A DNA stretch of 64,000 bases from Trichosphaerium sp. ATCC 40318 (lineage: Eukaryota; Protista; Tubulinea). The notes below the pieces were generated by a model. It was not told the DNA's origin and made no database searches. It saw nothing but the letters and a program-made list of their open reading frames with translations. The DNA lies in contig JALMLS010000015.1 of NCBI GenBank assembly GCA_038496445.1, forward strand, positions 682,001 through 746,000, written 5' to 3'. Shown here piece after piece: positions 1 to 12,978 of the stretch; the first letter of the stretch is position 1; the number at the start of each line of letters is the position of its first letter. The position numbers were made by a program, and so were the translations under genes.

Positions 1-73
1 TTTTTTTCACAACTTGTTTAATCTGGAAAACTGGTGTCACAGGTTGTAGCTTTTTTATTTTTGAAACGAAATG

Positions 74-2573
74 TTATAAGGCTGAGTTATTTACTTGGTT
101 CATGGCAAGTTGTTCTTTTGGTTTTCTGAGAGACCAAGGTACAATCACCTTTCTTAGAGGTCGAAAGACAAACACAGCTACGATTATCACTGCCAAAATC
201 TAAAAAAATGACAATTAAGTGGAAATGTTTCCTACGAGTTACAAAGACAACTTACCAATAAGAATCCAAATGTTACTCCAAGTGATATTGCTATTGTGGT
301 GCTATCACTGGAGCATTCTCCTGCTATGATAAGCAATACAAGTCCAGTTGACAAAAGTTGTTGCTCATGATCAACACAATCACGAGTGATTACTTGAACA
401 GTCCCATTTATACAAGGTGATGAAATAACATTGATCTCTTTATCAGATGATGTGTCCACTCCTGATACATCAATCACAAATGAACTGTTTGGTAATATCA
501 CTAAGCATCCTAAATACATTGTTACTTATTAATATACTACAATACTTTACCTTTTACAGTAAGAATAGGAGTTGTTTCATCATCGAATACTAGAATCACT
601 TCACCTTTGTTTATGAAATCACCTTCGATCACTGTAGGCGCTATTATGCTCACAGAAGTATCGGATGGTACTACAACGTTCGTTTCAATGACGCATGTTG
701 TCATTGGATCGCATTGAAGACAAGAATTACTCTCACATTCAACTGTTTTGTTGTGAAAACTTGGAGTAGTTGTGTTCACAACTGTATTGTTTGGAGCACT
801 TGGAAATACTGATGGAGATACAGGCGAATGTGTAGATGGAATAGAGGTTGCTGCTGACGGAAAATTTGTTGGTGGTAAAGTGTTGTTTGTTGCTATCAAA
901 ATAATTAATAGTGAACTGCTTTGTTAATTACGTACAACAATTAAATAAATAATCACGTGATTGAATAAAGGCAGTGTATTGGTTTGTTTCTGATGATAGC
1001 AACACCTTTGATTTTGAAGTTAATAACAATGGAAGAGAAAGTAAACGACGTACAACAAGAAGGCAGTATTGTTTGTCAAGAATGCCTTGGATTACTGTTA
1101 GATTACCATTTTGAGTTGTTATTTCCTTCTGTAATGTGTTATTCTACATAACATGTTAACTCCAAAAGTTTGCGTATTAGCAATACCATTTGTGGACTTG
1201 AGGAAAATGATACTGTACTTGTACTTTCGTTGAAGTGAATATAGATGAAAGGAGATACTTGTGATATATCTTTCGTGTTTACAGCTGTTGTAGGAGCTTC
1301 ATCAAACGGCAGACGATGTTCGAATAAGGGTATGGGAATTGTCCATATCATTGTTATTTGTGGGTGGAATAGTGTAAGCGTTGTAAATCCAAAAAGTGTA
1401 AAAACAGAAATTCCTGTTTCTAGGAGTGTTTGCATAACACCAGACCTTCCTGAATTAAACTCAAGAAATTGAATTGATTGTATTCCAGTTTGATTGAAAA
1501 CATTGAAAGCCTTTCTATCATTCTCCCCAAACTAAAATTATTAACGGCTTTGTCAATTATAAGAACGTACAAAGGTAAACCCAGATGTATTAAAGATTTG
1601 AAGGGTCACATTATTTTCATAAGCGCGCATCTGATATAAAAAAGTAGTTGTTGTTTTTATGAGTGTGAATGTCGAATCTAATCCTGTATCATTTGTATCT
1701 ACATTAAGTAAGTGGACCGATGCGATAAGATAGTATACGGTGAATGAGTGTTGGTTCTTTGTATTGATGAATCTCAAACATCTTTTCTGTGCTCTCCTCT
1801 GTGTTAATAAAATGAACAAAATATCTACCTAAAACTTGTCATCTTCAACATCTATTGTTTAGATTCGCACCTGCATTTGAAAGGAATGTGTATGACATTG
1901 CGAAGTCTGCTTGACCTTCAAACGATACAGTAGAATTTATCAAAATCGCCTAAAATAAAAACCCTGTCAACACGTGATACGAAGAAAGTAATTTCTTGGA
2001 ACCTTCGTTGGCATGTCAAGGCTCAAGAATATTGCGCCAAAGCTAGTTTCATTTCTATGCATCACAACAAATTTTGGATAATCGTTTAGGTCGACATCAT
2101 TGGTTAACTTGGGTTCTCTGACGCCTGGAATGAAGAAAGGCGTGAACGTTTGGTTGCCAGCAAGCCAATCTATTGCCGATAGATAAGTAAAAATAAAACA
2201 TGTTCTTTGCTTACCATCAATGGTAGTCACTGATATAGTTATACCGGGAATAGCAAACACTACAAAGCAGGTAAAAAGAGTGTAATATTTAGAGTGTAAT
2301 TTTTATTTCAGGTGCACCTGCGTTTGCTGCGAAGATATAGTATGTGGTGTCACGTGTTTCTAAACAGCCCATATTCGATACGCCAATTGACGATATTCCA
2401 GGACCTTGTAATATGTGACGCGACTCAAAAAACTCATCTAATGGCGGTGTTGACGCGAACGCTGCTACAAAATAAAATAAACATCAATATCTCTGTCTAT
2501 CTATTTGAGTTTCATTACCAGGCATTGATAATACGATTGAGTACATCATAATACTCACAACATAACTAAACAT
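74..2573 (-). CDS. Surface-protein family member G1, module A (TM); multi-exon
   Basis: Signal MFSYVVSIMMYSIVLSMP. Head starts STPPLDEFFESRHILQGP...TTYYIFAANA. Then PST stalk, CESNSCLQCDPMTTCV, VIEGDFINKGEVIL, TM helix and tail RPLRKVIVPWSLRKPKEQLAMNQVNNSAL*. GT-AG introns of 40-60 nt restore frame. Confidence 0.8.
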
Positions 2574-2866
2574 CTGCTTGTTCTTCGGATATTTCTATTT
2601 CTATGTGGTTGAGATTGTTCACGTGTTGATATGACTATTTGGGTCAAGACTATTAGAACGGACACATACCATTTAAAGCAACAAGGCTATCAAGCTGTTA
2701 CAACTAGTACTATTTTTCCTAACCACATATTTCAGGCTAGTCGGTTGTAGCATTGAATTCAATTGTCCTAGCAAGTATATTGTAACACTGATTTGAAAAA
2801 AAAACAAGTTGGTAGCTGCCGCTAAAAAAAAATACAACATTTAATTGAAAAAATGGAGATTAGGGA

Positions 2867-5314
2867 TTATTTGTTTGATTGTTTTGTAACACTTGTTGAT
2901 TGGTTTACTTGACTCATAGCTTCTAATTCGTTTTTTCTGAAAGACCAAGGTACAATTGCCTTTCGGAGAGGTTTGACCACAAATACAGAAATGATGAAAG
3001 CAATACATACCTGTTTCAAAAAATTGTTAAAGTTGGAGCTTTGTGAAAGTAATGATACTACATACCAACAAGAATCCAAATGTTACACCAAGTGCTATTG
3101 CCATAGTACTACTCTCAGTAGAACATGCCTGTTCTGATAAAAATAAAGCAAGTCCTGTTGTTGAAAGTTGCTGTTCATGATCAACACAATCGTATGTGAT
3201 GACTTGAACAGTCCCATTTATACAAGGCGATGAAATAGCATTGATCACTTTATCAGATGATGTGTCCACTCCTGATACATCAATCACAAATGAACTGTTT
3301 TGTAGTATCACTAAGCATCCTAGAGTAAATAGTTAATACAATAATTTAAAGTTGTAGATATACCTTTTACAGTAAGAATGGGAGTTGTTTCATCATCGAA
3401 TACTAGAATCACTTCACCTTTGTTTATGAAATCACCTTCAATCACTGTAGGCGCACTCACAGTTACAGTGGTATCAGGAGTGATGATAATATCTGATTCA
3501 ATGACACATGTTGTCATAGAATCGCATTTAAGACACAAACTATTTGTGCATGTCGTGATAGGAGGGATGTGTGGTAGAGGAGGTGATGGTACAGCAGTTG
3601 GAGAAGCAGCTGGGGAGATAAGAGGAGGTAGGTTTGTATTCGCTAGGCAAATGTAAATATGCCAAATAAGTAAGAAACCTACATACGAGTACAAGTGAAT
3701 AAGTCTGCACGGGGTTCAATAAACGCAATGAATTCTTCTTGGTCTGCCAGTAATACCTTCGTATGTTAGAAATAAAAACAAATAACTTTTAAGGAAAACC
3801 ATACGATAAGATTACACCGGTTTCTGTCAAGGATACCTTCTAACACTGACGAATAAATAGTCTCAACACTTGGTACCATCTTTGTTAAAGGATTTTCCTA
3901 CGCAAATTAGTTTTGTGCTACTGTTGTAGATGTACCAGTTGCGGAGTAGAAGAAAACATCATTGTATCATTGTCACTGTCATACCGCAAGTACACGAATG
4001 GAGATACTGGTGATATATCAAACGTGTTTACTGCAGTTGATGGTGCTGTATCACGAGATTCTTGATGCTCTGAAATAAAAAATGCCATTTCACATGTTAC
4101 AGGGGACACATCAAACAATGCTGTAATGGTAGAAGCCAAAGTATCAATTTGAAGGACCAAAGATGACGTAGCTGGATTATAGTCAAGGAACACTATCTTT
4201 CTTATATCATCAGTTTGATTCAATACATATTGTGTAGCATTCTGAAGTAATGTTAGCACTTGATCAAACAAAGTTGTTAAACACGTACGTTCTGTAGAAA
4301 CGTCTCAGAGAATGTGAACTTGATATTCTTATCAATCTCATTTATTGATGCATGTAAAAAACACGTAGAACTAAGTACTGTGAACTCTGAACCTATTCTA
4401 CCCACATCTACCTCACCTGCACTCACGTTAAGTACTATAAGTATTGTTTTTGTTTTGAAGTACTTAGTATAGGTCCTGTTGTTTGGCTTAACTCAAAAGT
4501 ACTTGCAAAATCACCAATTTCCACAAAATGAAAATTAGCAAAGTATTGACCTAACAATCAGTTAGAGCCTAAATCATAGTTTTGTCGTACCAAATCTTGA
4601 GAGGAATGTATGTGACTTCACAATACTAGAGTCTACATTTGGAAATGCTATTGAATTGACTGAAATGTTCTTATGAAGCACGTTCGTTAGTATCAGATAA
4701 AGGCTGATATTGCACCTTCGCTGCTAGATTGAGGTTGAAGAATGTAACTCTAAATTCTATTCCGTCTGTGTGTAACATAGCAAACGTAAGAGAATCACTT
4801 ATATCGATTGAAAGAGTGAGCTCAGGGGATTTAATGCCTGGAATGAACAAAGGCTCAAACGTTGGATTTCCAGCAAGCCAATCTACTTCGAGTCAATGAA
4901 ATATAGATTACTAAAAAAGATTACCATCTAACGTTGTCACTCGGAGTACTGTGCCGTCTATTGGCCCGTCTACAATAAAGTTATTTCTATACGAGTCTAC
5001 CAGAGATTTTTTCAAACAAGTTCAGATACTTTTGAATTTATCACTACAAAAAGATTAATTCGCACCAGCGAACCCGTCAGCAGCGAAAATATAATACGTT
5101 GTATTGTATGTTTCCAAAGCGCCCATAACTGGTGCTGAAGTAACGCTTACGTTCGGTGTTTCAAGTATTTCACTAGAATCAAAAAACTCATCCAATGGTG
5201 GTGTTTGCGCGAAGGATACTAACCATCAATTAAAACACAACTAAATGACAACATACCTGTTGATAACAATATCGAGAAAGCCAACAAAAATGTAGGCGAT
5301 GCAGTACATACCAT
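2867..5314 (-). CDS. Surface-protein family member G2, module A (TM); chimeric, head nearly identical to G14
   Basis: Start MVCTASPTFLLAFSILLST. Head exons and introns closely match 51040-52647. C-terminal part is TTCTNSLCLKCDSMTTCV...KPLRKAIVPWSFRKNELEAMSQV. Confidence 0.8.
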
Positions 5315-5730
5315 GTTATCAAAAATCAGCTTCTTCTCGTGTACTATCACGTGATAGTGCTATTAAGGATGGTATATTAAGGATCATTTAAAACAAGCGC
5401 TAAAAATAACAATTCTCAAATCCGTACAAGATAACCTCTTCGATAATCTCAGAATTTGAAGCAGCGACCATCAATAAACCATGATAACTTTGAAACATTG
5501 TAATAATAACATAAACAAACGCCTTAAAAAAGACTGGCATTGCTCAATCATACATGCTTGCTTTCACATCTTCATCCATTGATTAATTGTCTTCATTAGG
5601 TACCTTGTTTTTACTACTCTAAATTAGTACCCATAGTAACTTTATGCAGTATGGCAGACATGAAAGCGGTTATAAATCTAATCAATATTTGTTTATACAG
5701 CAGGAAGGATAGTATATACATGAACATCTC

Positions 5731-6389
5731 TCATTTTCCTGCAATATTACATAGTTCTACTCCTAAAATCATGTGTTCTACCCAGTCTTTTCTCTACAAA
5801 AACGTGTTAAAACAAAACCAAAGTTAAGTAGAAACTCATCAATAAGATAAAAATCACGTGCTTCTTCCTCTGTAGTAACATATAAGATTATCATTCTTTC
5901 ACGTCCGTCCCATTTTTGCATAAAGGACCATGTAAAGTGACGTTCTGCACTCATCCTATCCTCAACCTGTATTTTTGATATATCAATGAGCGGGATTGTT
6001 TCCTTTATCTTGTTTTGCTATCAGCAGTTATATTACCAAACAAAAAAAACTCTAACAAACCTTTTGCATGGTTAATGTATTAATTCCCAAATCAGAGTAA
6101 TAAGGCCTCCACGGACCAATTCCATAAGTTCGTCTTTTTCTCATAATGTACCCTTGCTTTGGCACAAGCTTGAAGCGCTAAATACACTCATTTATTAAAC
6201 ACGTTGTTTCCCAACAATTGATACAGTAGTATCAATTAATCGTGCCTTGTACAGTAAACTCTTATTTGTGACATCACAATAGACTGTATTTAATGTCCTT
6301 ACAATTTTCATCATTTTAACTGTCTTAACGTTATCTACAATAAGATACACGATCTCTGGAGGTAATCGAAGAGTGTCATTACGCGACAT
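5731..6389 (-). CDS. F-box-like + PH domain protein (4 exons)
   Basis: N-terminal LRLPPEIVYLIV is F-box-like. Spliced continuation KQGYIMRKRRTYGIGPWRPYY...KETIPLIDISKI...ILYVTTEEE/RKDWVEHMILG fits the PH-domain pattern. The last intron needs a GC donor. Confidence 0.65.
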
Positions 6390-6607
6390 TGTTACAAACA
6401 AATAGAAAAAAAGTTCAGTCAAAATCGCCGGCAAGCACACGTGGTTACAATAGCTTCTTTGCACATATAAATTTATGTATTAACGCAGAAAGGTTTAGAT
6501 CTGTTTAGCTGGACTGTTATGTTCGCGGCTCTGTATCCCCTTTAGAAATTGAACAATTAATTAACAAGATAACTCAAAGGCACTATTGTTTACAACAATC
6601 TACATAT

Positions 6608-9600
6608 TTATTCTGAACTTCCTTCACGTAGAAGTCGTTTTACCATGTTTACAACGAGGATAGACCTAATAATAAATGATTATTTATAAAAACTCTTCGA
6701 CTTGTTTTAAAAAAAAGCAGCTTTATCACGTGTAATATCACGTGTTTTTCAGGTTTAAAATTGTTATCATAAAAAGGTTAATTACCTTGCATTTTGAACA
6801 ATCTTACGTAGAGCAGCTCCGTATTTTTGTACCAAATCACTGTGTCGCTTATGTTCAGCGAACAATAAGTTGACAATTTTAAGAATATTTAGTTTTGCCA
6901 AGGATTCAAGGTTTGGATTTTGGAGTATCTGAGCAAGAAGAACGGATACAAAATTCTGTTTGAAGAGACTCTGGTTCACGTGGTGAGACTTTGAGACGAT
7001 GAGTTGGATCGGTTCGGAAACTTTATGACCACCTAAGAACAAAAGCTTTAGAAAGAGAAAATTTCCACAAAAGTCGGAATGTTTTATCTTCTTGAGACGT
7101 ATGCGTACCAATATTGTTTGTTTGATGACCTAAAATAAATGCACTAACTATACAAGAAGCATTTTCAGGCTTAGCAAATTCCCTTCCTACTTTCTTGTGC
7201 TCAAAAGTCATCCAATTTGATAAAGCATCAAGAGCATCAACATAGTAACAGTTATCTTTTAGAAGACTGACATAAAGTTCTACGTAGAATTATAAGACAT
7301 CGCCACAATATTCATAAATAACACTTACTTAGACAGTCATGGTTCCATAGCATCTTTCTCACACGATCAGATGTTGAAGGGAAGTCAAGTAGTATTGGTA
7401 AAGTCAAGTTTCTTAAAACATATCCAGGGTCACCTGATTCTTTCTTTGTTGGTCCAATTAGATGTGGTATAACGCCAGCTTCAGCTGCAATTGATTGATG
7501 AATACGATTAAATTGAAGGAGATAATATAAACAACTAATAGTCTGATTGGCGATTTCCTAAACAAGCATATAAATAAACAAGTTCGTTATCTTTTGGATT
7601 TTGGCAACTTGTTGCTCAAAAATGTAATTGATTATTATTAACGCACGTGTTCCTTTTTAACACGCTTTTTTCTGTCGAGTATACCAACAAGTGTTTGAAT
7701 ATAGTTAAGTTCTGCGACTTTATCTCTTGTCGTTGTATCCAAGCAAAGGTTTTTAAGCTAAAAAAACAAAGTAAGCTCTTTGCTTTGAACCTATAAAAAG
7801 CATTCCATAATAATTAGGTTATACGTACTATCTTTAATAGCTTAAGCAGTAATGTATTATCAATTTGATTACCCTCAAGAAGTCTTTGAATTGCTGCAAT
7901 AATAGAGTTAGTTCAAAGGAAAAACTAATAATTGCTAGTCATGTAAAATCGCACGTGTTAATGTATCTTCTCTGCACATGCGCTGCTTTACATCAGCGTC
8001 AGATTGAGATATATAAGATAAAATACTCGTCACATGATCAATATAAGCTTGCAACCTTCCTAAATTCTTCTTCTTTGCTACACGCATCTTTTTATCAACG
8101 CTACAAAGAACTTACAAACAGAACAACTTCCCAAAAAAGAAGAAAAACATCATCGTTGTAAAGAAGACGTACGCCAAATTCACTAGAGTTGTAGCAAGAC
8201 GTTGTAGAAGATCCGATCGTACAAGTAATCTACAGAAAGCTTTTTTTGGTGCTTTATCCTATACCATAAAGTCAACAGAAATTCTCAAAACAACATGAAG
8301 AAAACTAGTAACCTGTAATTTGAAAATACTCCATAGGGATTCAATTGAATAGTGCACAATACTTCTAAACTCCTTGTAGTTTTCATCAAGCATATCAACA
8401 AGCGTAGATAAAGCGCTAATATAAAAATTAAATTCACATGATAAAACACGTGATTAGAACGTACTCGCAAGCTATAAACATTTGAAGAGTTGATATTCGT
8501 CTTGAACAAATAACTTTGATTATACGAGCGCTTTCTTTTCTAATCTCTTTTGATGACTTTGAATCTGTATACTTAATCATAACTGGTATACCTCCTAATA
8601 AAGAGTCAACGCAACACCCCAGCACGCCAAAAAATTTCTTTCAAGGAAATTCTATAAATAGATACTACACATACCCATTAAGCACATATTCATAGCGCAT
8701 TTGCTGTTACATGAAATCATCGCATTTACAAGCTTAAATACTTGAAATACTACTTTTAAGTCTTTGGACTTCAGGTGATCCACAAGAGGGATATAGTTTG
8801 CCTTCAAAAGGAATGACGAATCACCAATTTGCATACCATGAAGAATTTGAATCTAAATAATTTCTTAGCAAACTTCTAACGAAACTTGTGAAGTTAATGT
8901 AATAAAATAACATACTAGATCTTTGCACGTGTCAATTATATCTTGACTTTCTTCTACAGACTCAAGAAGTGCCATTTTTTTGTTAAAATCTACCAGACAT
9001 TTTTCTCTGTAGATATTTATACCTCCAACTGCAAAAATTAGTTGAAAATATTGTACGAAGAAAAAAAAAAATTTCTGCAACGTTACTAAATATCTTTTTG
9101 ATGGTCTCTATGATGGAAAATAAAGTTGTAAACAACTACTTACAATCATCTTCTTCCCCATCATCACCTTGCATCTCATCTAAAGTATCAAGAGTATCCG
9201 GCGCCTTATACATTTACCATTAGAACTTCATATAACACAAAGTTAAATACGTACATAACTCGCTGTTCGTGCTTCTAAATTAGCTTGTAACTTTCCGTGA
9301 AAGTCTTGTCCTATATCCTCAAACTCATCCCCAAAGTCAATACCCTCTATGAAAGACAGTTAGTTATTGTTTTCCCATTGTAATTGGGGTAGGCTCGCGG
9401 TACCTCCAAAATCGTCATCATCAACTTCTTCAAACTTTGTCAACTGAAGTGTTTCAAACACACTATTCATAGAGTGTTGACGACTTCTTGGCAAAGACCC
9501 ACGTGTTGCACCACCATTATTTTCATCAAAATTTGCTAACGAATCTCCCAATTCCACCCTGCAAGTAATATAAACAAAAAAACACTGAAAAAAAACAACA

Positions 9601-12401
9601 ATATATCTAAGATACAAACCCACTACAACACATTCAGTGCTCCTCACAAAGAAGGACAGAAAAAACCATAAAATAACAATAAATGAAGATCTCTATCCTT
9701 CCAAATAACAAACAACAATCACAAACACTCTGCATCTCCGCTGACTGCAAGCGACAGCAAAACCAAAACCAAAACCACAAAAAAAAATCTTTTGTCTCAA
9801 AAAGGATTTTAAAAAAAACGGACCTGTTATTGATTGCAAGCCGTCCACTATGAGAACGAGTAAGCAAGTCATCTGTACTACAGTATTGTGTTGTTGTATA
9901 GAAGCACGAGAACAATTGCACGTGTGGAAATGTTTCAGTAAAACAACAAATCACGTACGGAAAACCTCCAGCGGTTGTAGGGCTACCGACAAGGCTCTCA
10001 TAGTTGCTTGCTCCGAAATCGTTATCAATAGCATGATCTTCTGGTATTTCCTTCCATCTATCAAGGTCTAACTTTGATTCTTTCCTTGGATGTTGAGGTG
10101 CTTGACGTCTTTTCTTCCTGTGAACTTGTATTACTGGAGACATGCTTCGTTCCTGTGAAGTATTACAGTTAGGATGGTAAATGTGCTCGTTTTTTAAGTG
10201 GCTTGCTTACACTACCAGTTCGGTGACCGCGAATCGTTTTTTCGTCTGGTTTAGGAGTAGTTCTGGAAATGTTAAGAAAAAAACCGCGTTTTGTGTTTTT
10301 CAAATGGTACGTACAATGGATCTATTGTTTGTAAATTGTCAATCCCACCGCGCTGAAAAGCCTTCAAAGCATCTTGATAACGCTTTATTTCATGGACAGA
10401 TGAACGAAGAAGTGTATCCAAACGACCAGATTCTTTTAGCTAAAAAAAAACAAACAAATAAGTAAACCAAACGCACACGCCTTAGAAGTATTATTGTAAA
10501 CCCTCTTTCCTTTTAATTAAGGCTCAAGAGTTGATTTTATATAAATTCAAAATAAAAAAATCACGTGATATATTTTTACGCAAGTGTATTGTTGGAAACA
10601 TACCGTAAGTCTTGCTTCTTTTAACCAAGAGTGTTTAAACAATTTTTTTCCTTCAACACGAAGATTTACATCTTTTTGAAAACATTGCATGAGAAAATCT
10701 TTGGCTCTCTAAGGGTTGTAGATGTTACTCGTAGAAAATAAAGACAAGTACGAGAAAAAGTCCAAAACAAAAAAAGGAGAAAAATATGGCAAAGAACGCT
10801 TGGAACCACGAAAAACGTACTTTAGATACACCAGAGGGGAGAGGAGGGTGATCATCTGTAAATATACGATATAGCGCAGCCGCTGGCTGCCTAAGGCCGT
10901 CAATAAGAGCGCTGCAAGGTATTACACTAGCTACGACTGGTTTTGTTTCAGAAAATGGGCTTTAAAGAATAGAAAAATAGTTGCTTTCCTTGGAAAGCTT
11001 TTGTAATACTCACAGTTCAAAGTATGGCGGATTTCCTGTCAATAATTCAATAGCAGTACAACCTACACTCCAAATATCACAGGCAGCTGAGAAACCGCCC
11101 AGTGCAATGAGCTCCGGTGCCACTAGAATAGCGTGTAAGAATCGTAAATAAAAAATACTTCATGTACTCCAATACGGTGATCCAGCTACCGAATCTTCTC
11201 TTCTCATATCACTTAGTTTTGTAGCCACACCAAAATCCTAAAGGACGGATTGTAAGCCAAAAAAAGCGAGCTCAAAGAGTAAAAAGGAAAAAATTAAAAT
11301 ACGGAAAAATAAAATTTTGGTTTGTTTCGTTTTTCTTCATTATTTACCGCAAGTTTTATAGATCCATCTGTTGATACTAAAATGTTCGCGCCTATGATGC
11401 GTGAGAAGTAGTACGAACGTCGCTTTTATTCATAAAACTGAAAAACCGTAAAAAAAAGATTGCTTTTGAAAAATGCTAAAACGATTTATCCTGCACTGCG
11501 TACCTTTAATATCTCGATGAATGACACCCTGGTCGTGAAGATAAACAAGTCCTTTCAATACTTGAGCTAAGTAAACAGCTACAAGACGCTCTGGAAATGA
11601 TCCATGGTGTCTCACCATATCAGCCAAAGATCCATTTTCAACATACCTAACAGTTTTCGTAAATAAAAAAAATCACGTGATTAATTCTGTAGAAGAAAAA
11701 AATTGGTTCCACGGATGTCACTTGTGTATTTTCAAATCAAGAACACAGAAAAAGCAACACAACTCCAATTGGCTTTAGTGTCTAGATGGATAGTATTGTT
11801 TACGTACTCCATTACAATTGAGATGCAATTTTTTTGAATCTTATGACCAATGTATCGAACAATATTGTTATGGTTTAGCACCTTCAATAGGTCGATCTCC
11901 ATCTGTTTTATATTGTTAGGGTTACTCATAGATTTTACAAGGGAATCCTATAACTACAAAGGCAGAAGCGCACGCCGAGAGTTGAGAGAAGAAGAAACTT
12001 GAGAGTGAGGAGCGCACTTCAAAAAAAAAAAAAATAAAACCGAAATTTAGCAAAAGAGTCCGGCGTATAGACCCCGAAAAAGCACGTGTGTTTACCATAA
12101 AAGAGTCAATATCGTCGTATGTTATATCCGCGGACAAGTCTATTTTTTTAATAGCCGCGAAACTCCCCTTTGCTTTATGAATAGCCTTCCACACTGTCCT
12201 TTTAAATCTTGTTAGTAAAAGAGATAAAAGAGGCAATAAAATAAAAAAAATTATGTTTTTATTTTTACCCGTATCCACCTTCCCCAATCATCTCAATGGC
12301 AGTCTTATTGTATCCTTAGTAAAATAAAGGTGTATATAGTTGATTTTAATACGAAATTTGATTGCGTCCGTCAGGCGGACGGAAACGTTAATTAACAGCA
12401 T
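6608..12401 (-). CDS. STE-group Ser/Thr kinase of the Cdc7/Cdc15/SepA (septation initiation network) type, with C-terminal ARM/HEAT-like region
   Basis: Spliced motifs [83 protein letters not shown] long helical C-terminus ends [17 protein letters not shown]. Start codon tentative. Confidence 0.88.
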
Positions 12402-12978
12402 TCAATTTTGGTTAAAAGAGCTAGGTGGTTGCGTACAAAGCCACATATCGCGTTGTCTCCATCCATACTCTTTGGTATGGATGCCTTACGGTTTGCGTGT
12501 CGCCCTTCTACCCTTGGCGACAAGTAACGCTCTTTTGCGGCCATTGAGCTGAAACCGTGATAGCTTTAGCGCGTATGTGATTCATTATATTCAAGCAAGC
12601 TCTAAAATGGTTCCTAGACGTAGAATAGCGCCTTTACAACGTAACAAAGCAATCATCGTGTTCAACGTAGCGTCTTCGTTCTATTTCTGACCCACTGGTG
12701 CACAACCCAAACTTGTCATTCAAAGGAAGCCATACCTGGCGTCTTTGATAAACTGCAAAGTCTGCAACACGTTAAAACAATCAATAAACCATTCACAACT
12801 CAATTTAATAACTCTACAAGTGCGTGTTTGTGTTAGAAGTGTTTCAATTGCAATTAGCACAAGGACCAAAAATCAGAAAATAAAATAATTGAAGTCAACG
12901 CAGCGCAACCACAAATTCTCGTCAGTTCAATTCATTATTTCATAAAACAACTGAAACGCGTCTAAATTACAAAGGCGT

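Noticed and set aside
12420-12800. Possible extra 5' exons of the kinase
   Set aside because: No consistent splice path found; an in-frame stop precedes the ATG at 12401.
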